NCBI GenBank assembly: GCA_012295275.1
Contig: CM022669.1
Location: 18,414,001 to 18,478,000, forward strand
Reading direction: 5' to 3'
Source of the DNA: Chrysomallon squamiferum
Taxonomy: Eukaryota; Animalia; Mollusca
DNA: 64,000 nucleotides
Below are positions 15,811 to 29,312 of this stretch, in pieces. Below the pieces are notes generated by a model, which saw only the letters and a program-made list of their open reading frames with translations, searched no databases and was not told where the DNA came from. A program made the position numbers and the translations under genes. How positions within the stretch are numbered: the first letter of the stretch is position 1; each line of letters starts with the position of its first letter.

Positions 15811-16549
15811 TATTTTATTTTTTTTTTTTTTAATTTCGCTTTTTAGCATTAAAAAATCTCCTTTCCTCGAAGCCAAAATTTGTTCTCATTTCGAAGCTTT
15901 CATCAAGAGACAACAAACAAACAAAAAAAACTGTTCACTTTTCTCTTTAAACAAAAATCTCATCCCCGGGACAAAAAAAAAAAAAAAAAAACCGCGTCGT
16001 CCCGAATTACAATTCGTCTGCCCCGATTTCTAAACGGGCCGCTTTGGACGCTTGTCGGTTGAAGACGCTTCACAAATCTTTGTTAATTGATGTTAAATGA
16101 TGGTTCGGTATAACAGCTCTGTTGTAACCAATAACAGTTTGTTCTTCGCATTGTTCCAACTGTCACTAGTCAAGTGACACCCCGAACTGTGACACAATGA
16201 GAAACGCGGGTAGCGATACCAGGAACCACGCCACGCCAGGGCTCTGCAGCCGTGGGAAGAAAGTTTCGACATCTTTACCTGGATGTCAAGAGTTCAAGGT
16301 CAAGGTCGTTGGTTATTAATGATTGCAGGTCAGCGTAACAAAATTTGTTATAGTAAAGAAAAATAGTATTAGTTTTTTTTTTTTGATGATGATGATAATA
16401 ATTATTGTTGTTGTTGTTGTTGTTGTTATTGTTATTGTTGTTATTGTTGCTTTTTTACACTTACATATAAGCATAAAATACACAGAAGTTATCTATATAA
16501 ATTATGGAAAATCGCAATGAAAATATTATATCAAATTTAATACTAACAA

Positions 16550-16584
<35 letters not shown>

Positions 16585-17814
16585 ATAGATAAATAAATAG
16601 ATAAATAAATCATTCAGTCAGCCAATCAATCAAACTAAAATCAAACAGCAAAAAACAATGACAAAAAATAAAAGAGATGAATATGGATATTTTGAAACAA
16701 AAGACTGAATATCATTTAATAAAACTGAACAAATCGGGCAAAAAGAAAGAAAAAAGGAAACACAAAAAAAAAAAAAAAAAAAATCTGAACTTTTTAACCA
16801 GACTATTACCATATTGATCAGTGCCTACAGTAAATCAAAGTTCTGTAAAATTACTCATAATCTCTTCTGAACTTGTCTATAATTAAATACCGTAATACTA
16901 ATTTCTAAAAGGAATCTGGTCGCAACAAAACAATGCAAGATAACAACAAAACAATGGAAAGAAAAAAAAAACATCTGAGTTCGCGGTCTGAGATCTTGAA
17001 ATCTCATTCTCCGTCTCTCTCTCTCTCTCTCTCTCTGTCTTTCTGCGGTTTTGATGAAATAATTGTTACTTTCAATTAAAGTCCTGGGTTTCTATCGCGT
17101 AAGATTATACGCGTAATAGTCTTCTTCAGTTTCTAATGAATAATACCGTATTCTTTGAACTCAGTTCTAAATGGCTTTCGAAAGCCGACTTATGTTATTA
17201 TATGTTCGGCGGGGGCTCTATATGCAATAGTTTTAATGGCCGTGTCGCTGGCTTTTAAGTGGAAACAAGACGGACTAAGAACAGTCGTTTGGAAACTACT
17301 CTCTCGCGTCAAGGTCCTTTATTACCTCATAGGGAGTCGACCGCAAGAAGAAGAAGAAGAAGAAGAAGAAGGAAAAAAAAAATCTCACAAAACGAGAGAG
17401 TTTCCACCAAAGGGGTAGAATCGATTTCTTTATTGTTCGGGCGGGTTCTTGAGAGCGGAAAGAAATCTTTTTTGTTTTTTCACAAAGAAGAGTGGTTGGC
17501 AATTCGATGACAAACTAATGACAAAGTGCTTTCTTGGAAACACAAAACCGCGAAATAAAAAAAAAAAAAGAAAAGAAACGAATTGATAGCGCAACCGGAG
17601 GTTCTTAAAGTATTCCAGTGAATGGAACATTTCCAGGCTGTCTCCAAGACAATGGAGACGCTCGCCGAAATGTCGCGAAATATGACGACGAGCTTCCGAA
17701 ATTGGTCGAGAGCTCTCGAAACCTGCGGAACCTAATGTCACACGTTAACGAGTAGAACAAAAGAAAGAATGTGTATGTATATATGTGTTTTTGTGTGTGT
17801 TTTGTGTTCATAAA

Positions 17815-17857
<43 letters not shown>

Positions 17858-17945
17858 ATGTATGTATGTATGTATGTATGTATGTATGTATGTATGTATG
17901 TTTGTAGGTAGGTAGGTAGGTAGGTGGGTAGGTAGGTGGGTAGGT
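17815..17945. repeat. (TCTG)n-(TATG)n-(TAGG)n compound tetranucleotide microsatellite
   Basis: Three abutting tetranucleotide runs. Confidence 0.97.
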
Positions 17946-18031
17946 ATCTGTGTGTGTTGTGTATATGAAAGTGTGTGCCTGCATGTACGTATGTAATGAG
18001 TGTGCTATTCGTTATTTAAAAAGAAGAATAA

Positions 18032-18069
<38 letters not shown>

Positions 18070-18821
18070 CAACAACAACACCAATAATATACAGTGATGG
18101 TGATAATGGCGGTTGTTACCGTTACTGTTTTCATTTTTGTTATTAATTTCTAAAATAAAACTCTTTCTTTTAGATTTTCATAACATTTCTCTCCTTGTGC
18201 CCCTCCCTTCCTTACCAGCTTACATCCTTACTTACTTACTTTCTTGCTTATATACTAACTTACTTACATACTGTCTTTCCCACTTCCTCCCTATTTCAGT
18301 CGTATTATTCTTTTATTATTTAATTTGAAAGCTTTAAATATTTCATTATCTTTCTCCGCAGAATTTATCCCTTACGGCTTTACGTTTCTTAATTTTCACT
18401 GTTTATTTTTATTTCTCTGCACCAAACTAACCACACACTCAATAAAACATAAGACACCGAGCATGCTACGCTGCCTCGTTTTAGAGATAAACCAATCAAA
18501 ACGCGTCTAACTCTTATCTCCGGATAATGGTCGGCAATTATTTCCGGTCTTCGCGGGATTAATTAAAGACGCGGTTATTGTTCTTTGGTAAGTAACTCGA
18601 TGCTTTTATCCAGCCCCAAATTAACTGCCACCAGGGTGCGCGATGATGTAGTACTAATTGCCGAGCTGAAAATACGGTATCGTCTGCAAAGAGTCACGTT
18701 TATGGAGATAAAACATTGCTTTTGTTCTCGAGATTCAGGACGGCTTTCCAGATGGACAAAATCAAATTAAATATCATTTTGCTTAGGATTCGTTTCAAGT
18801 AAGAACGAAAAGGTTAAAGAA

Positions 18822-18858
<37 letters not shown>

Positions 18859-19529
18859 TTCTTTTGTTTAACTCAGTGTTTCAGTTTAGATGTGTAAATA
18901 AAAAAAAAAAAAATTAAATTTAAAAAATTAACAAAGAAGGAATAAGAGCGATTGTTTGATAGAACGACATCAAGAGAATAGTTTGAGCGCTATTGTTGTG
19001 CAGAAATGATTTTTTGGATCGAAAAGAAGCAGTATGGATTGATGCCAGAAGAAGATGAAAAAAAAATGAAAAGAGAAAGAAGAAAATGAACGTGAAAAAG
19101 AAAGACAAAGAAAACACTGATGATGATGATGATGATTATGATGATGATGATCATCATCATCATGGTCATGGTGATGATTATAATGATATGACAGTGAAAT
19201 CATGATGGTAATGATGACAATAATTATAAAGATAGCGTGCAGATACTAAAATAAAAAATAAAATCAAGCAACAAACCGCAAAAAATCAGAATCAGATTAA
19301 ACCATTTTAATGGCGAGGACACTAACCGCACTCGCAGTATTTTTCTTTCATCTTCATTTGTCTTTTGTAACACAACAATAGTCTGCCAGGTCACCATCCA
19401 ACCATCAATAATTTTATTTTATTCTTTTTAATGAAACAAACAAACAAAACAAAACAAATCCCAGCAAAACAATAAAAGAACGGGTAACTTCAAAACTGGG
19501 AATTATTTCCGACCTTTCCTCTGAACACG

Positions 19530-19730
19530 ATGACGTGATTAGTACGTATTTACACGACACTTTTAAATCTAATTACCCGAAAGAAACGGCACTTTGTCCA
19601 TCTGTCAGAACACGCTGAATGTTTTGTCAAACTGTTAAATGAGGAAATTATTTCAACTGATGTATTGTTACAAGTCGTACGTTGCGTCCGCTCCCTCTCC
19701 TATAAAAATGTAATGTCCGCAGATCAAACG
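19530..19730 (+). repeat. Dispersed duplicated segment, copy 1 (201 bp)
   Basis: Aligns in direct orientation to 41956-42143 with 8 substitutions and one 13-bp indel (manual alignment). Confidence 0.97.
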
Positions 19731-19735
19731 AGATA

Positions 19736-20430
19736 AAATGGGAATCGTTGTATCATTTACTGTAATATGAAATGAGAATTTGTCGTATCGTTCGTTCTTT
19801 ATAACACGAAAATGAGAATTTGGTGTATCGTTTATTATAATAAGAAACGAGGGTTGGTGTGACATTCATTGTAATATGAAATGGGATTTTTTGCTTGCTT
19901 TGTTATTGTATGAGATGGCAATTGTTGTATTCTTTATTATAACAAGAAATGGAAATTGTTATATTCTTTATTATAACAAGAAATGGCAATTGTTGTATTC
20001 TTTATTATAACAAGAACTGGAAATTGTTATATTCTTTATTATAAAGTGAAGTGGAAATTTCTTCAGTCTTTATCATAATACAGACGATAATTAATAAATT
20101 TATGAATTGAAACATTTTGTATCCGTTATTATAATGTAAAATGGGAAATATTATAGCTTATTCTGATACGAAATTAAAATATGAGATCCTTCATTATAAT
20201 ATGAAATGAGGAAGTTTAGTATCCTTAATGAAGCGGGAATTACTTTATTTTTATTGTACAATGAAATGGGAAAGGAACATCGTTTATTATAATGTGAAAT
20301 GGGAAATACAGCCTTTATTATAACAGTAAATTTAGTTTTATGTAAAACGAACCAGAGATACAAAAGTCTGTATTATCTAACATAATTATTATTTTATTGT
20401 GAAATGAAAAATGGTTTATATTTTATTATG
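19736..20430. repeat. 34-bp minisatellite, degenerate at edges (consensus AAATGG(C/A)AATTGTT(G/A)TATTCTTTATTATAACAAG)
   Basis: Four near-identical units start at 19913, 19947, 19981 and 20015; degenerate AAATG(G/A)G... units on both sides. Confidence 0.9.
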
Positions 20431-20507
20431 ATACTAAGAGGGAAATATCACTGACGTTTTATTTTTGCATAATCTGTGTTGTGTATATTATTTTTATTAT
20501 TATTATA

Positions 20508-20539
<32 letters not shown>

Positions 20540-21535
20540 TACTTTTTCATTTTTCTATTCTTATTCTTTTTTCTGTTATTTTTTTCATTTTGTTTTTTTC
20601 ATTCCCAGTGCATCCAATTTCTACATTTTTACTCCTTTTTTTTTTCTTATATTCTCACAAGAATCTATTAACATTAAAATTTCTCCAGCGTTGTAATAAA
20701 ATTTAAATATACCCAAAGAACAAAACCATCGGAAAAAAAAAAAAGGAAAAAGAAAAAATCTCTTACAATTAATATAGAAATATCTAATAAACATTTAACA
20801 AAATTGTCCCTTCTTTTTTGTTTTTAACATCAAATATTATTATTAATTCAAAAAAAAAAAAAAAAAGTGAGAGAGAGAGAGAGAAAGAAAAAGAAAAAAA
20901 AAAGAAAAGGAAAAAAAAGAAGAAGACGATAATAACAAAAGAAGAAAAGCTAACATAGGCCTGTGAAATTTTACGCCGTCTTCTGGGAAATCAGCAACGT
21001 ATGCGCTACAGTTTCATGCCAAAAGTATCTCCGCTCAACAAATCTAACTGTTTGTTGTACAAAAAAGACTTTCGTGTTATACTAATTATCACGGGGAATA
21101 AATAATGCTCTGCTAATTATCACAGGAATAAGTAATTAATATGAAAGGTTACTGGTAAAACGAAGAACACCAGGGGGCGCTCGAAGGTGTCTTTCGCCTG
21201 GGAACAAAAAGATCGTGGGTCTGGTTAGAAGTCAAGCGAAATGTGGGGTGGGGGTAAGTGGCTGATGAAGGGAGAATTGGTTAAAAAAAAAAAAAAAAAA
21301 AAAAGAAAAAGCAAAAATCAAAGGAATGGATATTTGGAAAATAAACTTAAATGAATTAACAAGATTCAAGAGTAAAAACAAACAAACAATAACAGATGAA
21401 AAACAACAGAATGTTAATGTTACGTGCTTGTTGATGCTAGAAATAAATTATATGATTAAGGGATTAAGTACTTTGAGCTATGGATTAAAGGTGGAGTAAA
21501 CTTTCTTGATTACTGATGTTTTTGTTCGTTCTTTT

Positions 21536-21566
<31 letters not shown>

Positions 21567-22739
21567 TTTTATTTTTATTTTTATTTATTTTATTATTATT
21601 TTTTTTTCATTATTTTATTTTATTTTTTTTTATTATTATTATTATTTTTATTATTATTTTTACTTTATTTATTTTTTTTTAAACTGTGTTCTGTTTGACC
21701 ATCATAATAACTGAAACTGCAGAGACGTTTTTTCCACTTTCGTCCATTTTTGTTTCTCCTTCTTATCTCTGACTCTCTCACACGCTCTCACTACCTATCT
21801 GTCTATCTCTCAGCTGCTGACTTACAGTCTATTAAATCTGAGAATATCTTCAAGCCATTACATCATTCAATCAAGAAGAAAAAAAAAAAAAAAAAAAAAA
21901 TCTCAACATCTAATTAAAACCGAGTAAATATGATTTCAGCTAATGGAAATATAAAATATATATTTCACCAGGGGGCAGCACCAGCCACCAACTAATTGCA
22001 CGTGACCTTTGATTTTGGGACGCGACCCCGCACTAATTCCAGTCTAATGAGCACGCTAATGGTCATTCGATTGAAGCTATCATTCATCTGTGGGGTAGCA
22101 AGTACGTCACGTGTATCAGCAAAGCCAGAAACACAACGTATGTAAAGAGTGATAGCAGTTAAATTTCTGTATTAACGTAAACGAAAGATATTTTACATTT
22201 TTCATTATGAAATATCATGATACTTACTATTTTTGTTGTATGTATTTGTTGTTGTTGTTGTTGTTGTTTATTTGCTTGTTTGTTTATTTTTATTTTTTAT
22301 TTAAGTTAAATAATTTATGTTAAAATGTGTTCTGGAATGATATTTTCTTTAAATTAATTTTTAGGAGAGTATGTTATTACATTCAGTTTTCTTTGTTTTG
22401 TTTGTTTGGTCGATGTTGTTTCTGGTTATTATATATATATGTATGTATGTATATAAAAACACAAAAACAACAACAATAGAAACAACAACAGCAACAACAA
22501 CAACAACACATACAGGCTAACACAAAAGATGAAAAAGAAAAATTAATTAACTCGGACTTTTCCGTTAACGTGACTTCGTTAACTTCCGTGAACCGTCGAC
22601 GTAATCGGATTTGCACAGCGATAACACAAAGCGTGTGTATGCCGCTTTTATTTTTTTTATTTTTATTTTTTTATTTTTTCGTGACAACACCACAACTTTG
22701 TGGGTTCAGAACGGCAGAAAACCAGATGATCCACCGTAG

Positions 22740-23349
22740 TCGTTAGAACATCTTCTGAAATTATCAAGCGACCGTCGTGGGACCCGTTAGCCATCAATAA
22801 AATATAACCCGCGTCCCGAGTCCGCCGCTGGATTGGCCCGCCATCACGATTCGATGTTAGATTAAATTAGGACCCGGCCAACATTTATATACATAAGTAA
22901 TTAGAGTTTGACCACGAGATGCAGGTATTTCGTGACGGGTAATTAGCCAATAGACCCCTCGGCCCGTGACTGGCTAATTTTAATTAAAGCACTTGTATTA
23001 CGAACGTCGGCAGTCTGGATTCGGTTTAAAACCTTCTGGCACGACTTTCCCGCCTTTGAGCTGTAATTGCGTTGCGTCACACGATCCAGGGCCCCCTGTG
23101 GGACAGGCGCGAGCCAATGAGATCGAGGCCGAGACAAAACGACGGGCCGGGATGTGTGCTACAGAGAATAATCGACAGATGACTTCTGTCTGATGCCACA
23201 CTCCCGGTTCAAATCTCCAAGGCTCTCTTCATTTAGCTTTTAATCTAACTAATGGGCACTTCCGAGTGCTAGGATGGTGTCAATTCAGTGCTGTGTTTTT
23301 TTTTAGCGATGGAGGTTAATTGTGGCAATGTTTTTCTATTTTCTTTCTT

Positions 23350-23417
<68 letters not shown>

Positions 23418-23700
23418 CTGATGCAGTCCAAATCAAATTTGCAATTTCACTTTGGTGCATGGCTCTTACAGTAAAATCATTTATTTATTAGCAAAGCCAC
23501 GTTCTTTTGCTGCGTAATTACGGAGAGGCTAACGGTCGCGCGAAACGTGTGTTGACTGATGACGTCATGTTAACAGATATGTTTCTATTGGCAATTTCGT
23601 CTCGTGCAGCTCGCGAGCGCGGGGTCGAAAGACGTCAGTTCTAAAAAGGGAATTCGAAATTTTCTTTCTTGGCTAACGTAATTATGCCGACGTGTTTTGC
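22740..23700. promoter_or_regulatory. Large CpG-rich island, promoter- or enhancer-like
   Basis: CCAAT/ATTGG at 22832, 22947, 23114 and 23587; TGACGTCA 23560; GCTCGCGAGC 23609; several TAATTA; interrupted by a T66 run at 23352-23417. Confidence 0.45.
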
Positions 23701-23876
23701 GAAGATTTCTCAGTAGTTTGAAATTCAATTAGTTTGTTTCTTTTAGCTGAGTTTCGATCTTTCTGTGATGTACTCAGAATGTGTTGAAATGACTTCGTGT
23801 TATTTGATTTTTGATAGAGCTTTAGTAAGTAAAGTGTTCTTTTATTTTCTTCTTCTTCTTCTTCTTTTTTTTTTTC

Positions 23877-23912
<36 letters not shown>

Positions 23913-24430
23913 TTTTATTGCTGCTATTGTTGTTGTTAATTCTGTTCTTTTTGATACTGTTTTTCTTTTTTCTTTTTTAAATTCTTCATTTATTTATTTA
24001 TTTATTCATTCATTCATTCATTCATTCTTTTATTTGTTTATAATTTTATATGCATCTTTCACCGTAGAAATGAATATTTTCTTTGTAAGGAAGATCTGGC
24101 GGTTGTTGTTTTGTTTTTGCTGTTGTTTTCTTAAAAAACAATAGCAAGGTAGATTAATTAAGGGTGGGGCGTAACCTGAAATTCCACATTTTTTTCTCTT
24201 TTGTGTTTTCCTTATAATAAAACGAATTTCATTGTGAAATCTTGAATCCGTCCTTAAAAAAGCTAAAAACTGCAATTTTCCTTCTCCTTCCAGTTTTCTA
24301 TTTTTACTTTTTTCATTCATTCTTCAGCATCTTGTCTTCTTTTATTCCTTTCTTTATTTTATTTTATTTTTTTTTTAATATAATTCAATGATTCAAAAAA
24401 TGCAGTCCGAAGATAAGGTCTTTGGAACGC

Positions 24431-24493
<63 letters not shown>

Positions 24494-24995
24494 GTAACTA
24501 CGTTAAACTCTTTTAATGTATCATCAAGCCTTTTAAAATAATTTTTTTTATTTTTTTATTTTTTAAAGTCATCGCAGAGAATAGCGGGTAATAATGTTGA
24601 AATGCGATGTGATTAAACACACGTAATGGAGAATGTCCAGAAAAAAAAAAAAAAAAAAAACTGTGGTTATAACGTCTTTTACTCAAGAAAGGGAGGAAGA
24701 AATTACGTTAAATTATCCTCCACAAATGGTAGTTAAATGGTCCGCGCATCTTAAGTCTTTCCAGCGAATTTCCGGCCGTTCTGAAGTATCGCCAAATCTC
24801 GCGAACGCGATGCGGGATTCGCGTCTCCGCCGACATTCGGAACGTGATGGATTACGAGGAAAACCAATAGTTAGATTAATAACAGTTGATCACGTATGAC
24901 AAAGATAATCTCCTTTTAAAAGTTTCTCTCAAATACAGGCTCGATACTTTCGTTTCTTGATTTCTTCTCCTTTTTTTTTCCGTTTCTTATTTTTC

Positions 24996-25059
<64 letters not shown>
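24996..25059. repeat. T25-A39 abutting homopolymers (perfect 50-bp palindrome)
   Basis: T 24996-25020 immediately followed by A 25021-25059. Confidence 0.95.
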
Positions 25060-25063
<4 letters not shown>

Positions 25064-25602
25064 TATGAGTTTTGTTAGCAAAAAGCCGGAGATGTGTTTT
25101 GGAAATGATTCTATATTTATGGTTGTAACCGTATTCATAATTCTCTGACTTAAAAGGTTTGATTCAAGTAATGCGGGAAATTTATTCACGATGATGGATT
25201 CAGAATATAAACACAGATTTCAGGATGCGTAGCAGTAATTTGTTTTTTTTTTTTTTTTTTTAAACTTCCTGTTATTATTCTTTTCTTACTTTTTATCTGT
25301 CTTAAATGTCTTAAGAGTTTTTGTTGTTCTCTTCTTCTTGATTTTATTTATTTATTATTTTTTTTCTTTGTTTGTTTTTCTGTTTGTTTGTTTGTTTGTT
25401 TGTTTGTTTGTTTGTTTGTTTATTTATTTATTTATTTATTTCTGCATCTGGTAAATATATTTATGTTGCTAATTTATTATCTTGCTTATCTTTTGAAAAG
25501 TACAAAGTGTTTAGTTTGTTAATGATGTGTACAAAATAAAATAAATAAATAAATAAATATCCTCAAGAACAACAGTAATAATCATAAAAAGAGGCAGAAG
25601 AG

Positions 25603-25658
<56 letters not shown>

Positions 25659-26389
25659 GTAATAATGTATTAATTAAAATATAAATATAAATATTCCGTC
25701 CATTATTTAAACATATTTATTTAACACAAACTCTTGTAACGTTCGACATTCGGTTAAATATAAAATTAACAGATTCGACAAAGAGATAAATAAAGTGCTG
25801 GTTTTGTTTGTCATCAGGTTGTTCTGGGAAAAAGTTGGTTCTGAATATTTATAGACTGTTTGGTTTAACTATGTGCCGCAGAATGTATCATTTTAAAATA
25901 AATTAAACCAATATTTAACAAATGTGAAACTTGAGCATAAACATTGTTTGTATGTGTATCTACGTCTCTGGTGAGTATAATCGTATGTGTGTGTGTGTGT
26001 GCGTTTATGTGGTTGTCTCTCTATGCGTATGAATGCATGATGCATTTCAGTAATATACGCTGTACAAATTAAATAAATAAATAAAATAAAATAAAATAAA
26101 AAAAGACAAAAAAAAAAAAAAAAAAATTATGATGAAAAAAAACAAAAAAAACAACCAACAACCCGAAAACAAAGAAACAAAGAAAAGAAAAGACAAAGAA
26201 AGAGAAACAAATAAATATTTTAAAATAATTTTTTAAAAAAGAACGAAAAATAAGCAAAAGAAAGGAACAAAAAAAAAAAAAAACAACAAACAAACAAAAA
26301 AAAACAACAACCGAAAAAATGAAAAGAAAAACCAGAAGAAGAAATAAAAAAGAAAAACTAAAACAAAATAAAAAATGTGGGCTAAAAAG

Positions 26390-26431
<42 letters not shown>

Positions 26432-27410
26432 ACGCCGTAAATGGGTACCTCCCAAGGTTTTATGACTTCGCAATAGAAAAATAAATGTCTGTTTTTATTT
26501 AATTTAAACGACTAGATACGAACAAAAGGTTTATTTTTACAGTTCTTGTTTAGTGGGAATTATAAAAAATGAATCTGTAGCGAGTCAGCTTTTGTATTTT
26601 TTATTGGTTTCACGAGAAGGGGAATGAGAATTTTATGGGTTAAAAAGTTGATAGACACCGGTTAGACTGATCTTCGTGAAGTACTCAAAACAAATTGCCA
26701 GTGTTTCCCTGACTGTTTTTTTTATTTATTTATTTATTTTTCTTCTGTTTTGTTTATTCTTTTTTCTTTCATTCTTTTTTTCATTGTTTTGTTTGTACCA
26801 TTTATTTATTTACTTATTTAAATAAAATAAATAATATTCAAATATGTATAAAATATAGAAGTAAGTAGATAAACTGTAGTAGTAGTAGTAATAGTAGTAG
26901 TATTAGTAGTAGAGTAGCATAATAGTAGTAGCAGTAGCAGTAGCAGAAGTAGTAGTAGTAGTAGTAGTTGTAGTAGTTATTGTAGTAGTAGTATAACTAG
27001 ATCAACGGTACTATTAGCAATCCTGAATATATAAATTTTATAAGAGATATTTTTGTCTTCACAAAACAACTGACTACCAAGATATTCATAAAAGGGCGCT
27101 AACCATCTGCCTACGCAGTTGTTAATAATTAAAATGACAAGTATAACCATTGCTTCCATTACCTTAAATTACTGGAAAGCGCCCTCTACATAAAACTGAC
27201 AGGTGATAAATGACATACTTGACCCGCAGGAAAAACAGGTAAGTAATTGTTTGATATATGTCTCACCAGACGTGTAAATTGTAAACGTTATGACTCTATT
27301 TGTCAGAGTGGTTGCTCTCTCCGAGATTCATCACTGTAATATTTTGTCTAGAAAGAGATAAATATAACTTGTGTGCAAAAACAGGACGTACTTCCCTGTT
27401 TGATGTAGTC

Positions 27411-27415
27411 AGAGA

Positions 27416-27506
<91 letters not shown>
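27411..27506. repeat. (GA)n microsatellite
   Basis: Direct reading. Confidence 0.99.
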
Positions 27507-27509
<3 letters not shown>

Positions 27510-27681
27510 TAAACAGAGACAGACAGAGAGTCAGAAAGAAAGATTGCTTTGAGGAAGGTTAATTACAAATCTTTACTAAAAATAAAGTGTGACAATAGAA
27601 ATAAAGATATCACTGTCTTTCGTCATTCATTTTTCGTGACGTGATTTCCTTCATACTGAAACAAATTATCATCTTCAGTAA

Positions 27682-27684
<3 letters not shown>

Positions 27685-27759
<75 letters not shown>
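27685..27759. repeat. (TC)n microsatellite
   Basis: Direct reading. Confidence 0.99.
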
Positions 27760-27761
<2 letters not shown>

Positions 27762-28130
27762 CATCAATATAATTTATATCTGTGTTACGCTGTCATGTTT
27801 TTCTTTTTAATCTGAAATATAAAATAGAAAAGTCTCTTCAACTTAATATTCTGGGGTGTTGGCCAACATAAATACTTAAATACGACGATATATCATTGTT
27901 TGTAATGTCAGATTGCCTCAATTTATTCTGTAAGTAAGCATATTTTTTCCTAATTGCCTTCTATTGTTATTTTTCGAGAAAGAAGAAGAAGAAAAAGAAG
28001 AAGATGGTAGAAAACGCATTGTAATGAAGATGACGATAGTGAAAAATGAATAACAGTTTGATTATGAAAATGAAGATAAATTTTAGTAATGATTTTGAAG
28101 AAGATAAATGTATAAACCAAAAAGAATAAG

Positions 28131-28192
<62 letters not shown>

Positions 28193-28197
28193 GAAGT

Positions 28198-28236
<39 letters not shown>

Positions 28237-28315
28237 ATAGTAGTAGTAGTAGTAGTAGCAGCAGCAGTAGTGGTGGTGGTGGTGTAGCAGTAGTAGTAAT
28301 AATAAATAAATAAAT
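28131..28315. repeat. (AAT)n-(TAG)n-(CAG/TGG) compound microsatellite
   Basis: Direct reading. Confidence 0.95.
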
Positions 28316-28623
28316 CTATAAAAACATGGTGGATCAAGTGAGATGGACAGGGCTTTGCGATCGCGTGCCAAGTGGACAAAGGTCAGCTTTGTTGCGGCTC
28401 ACCTCACTGACAGGTGATATTTTTTTATTAAAAATAATAAACTGGACAGTGCTGGACACGGGGATCAGGTCACTTGACATCTGTGTTAGTCCAGACGAGA
28501 GAAGAAGAAAAGATTTATTCGAGTCTTGTTACTGTCAACGCGTGCTGAGATCGTCTGAAAGATTTTCATGTTTTTCTGTGTCTCTCTGCGTGTGAAGGTA
28601 TTTTTATATCTCATTCTTTCTTA

Positions 28624-28740
<117 letters not shown>

Positions 28741-29221
28741 CTCTCTATCTCTCTCGACAAAAAGACAAAGAAACATTTTAGAAAAGTGTTTGGAAAGACA
28801 GAGACACAGACAGACAGACAAACAGACAAAAGAAAATTCTAAACGAGCTTAATTACTGATAACCTTCAAAAGTCTAAATTTCTTGAACAGATTTTGTCTT
28901 TTTAAGCACAACTACGATCTACACATAATCTCAATTTATACACTTGTATTTCTTTTCATTTTTATTATTTTTCTTCTTCTATTTTTATTGCGAATATAAA
29001 CAATCTTAACTATCAGTCGAACAATAACGACAGCACCAAACCAACGAGATCTCTTCTCTCTCTTTCTTTTGTTAAACAAACCAGATACGATATTACACCA
29101 AGATGCTAAGACGAGTTCTTGACATTTTAATCAGAGGCACAACTGCTGTGAAAAAAAAAAGAGAAAAAAAACCCCGTGGTGTCAGAGTGTCTCCTTGTCT
29201 CCTACCATCTATATCCGCGCC

Positions 29222-29312
29222 ATGGGCGATCCACTGTTCAGAGGGTCCCGGGTCAAAAGCCACGGCGCGGCGCACCCCGATGATAAAAATCTGGACACTT
29301 CGGTTACAAAAG
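29222..29312 (+). CDS. Candidate first coding exon of an unknown gene (MGDPLFRGSRVKSHGAAHPDDKNLDTSVTK, phase 1)
   Basis: Kozak-like GCGCCATGG, 30 open GC-rich codons, donor AAG|GTAAGG; no recognisable homology. Confidence 0.28.

Noticed and set aside
16268-16287. 14-nt match to the reverse complement of the miR-8 3' part (GACATCTTTACCTG)
   Set aside because: The seed region is absent and only a 6-bp stem forms; not a pre-miRNA
19530-20430. Leader plus ~34-bp repeats as a CRISPR-like locus
   Set aside because: Head-to-tail degenerate units with no repeat-spacer alternation
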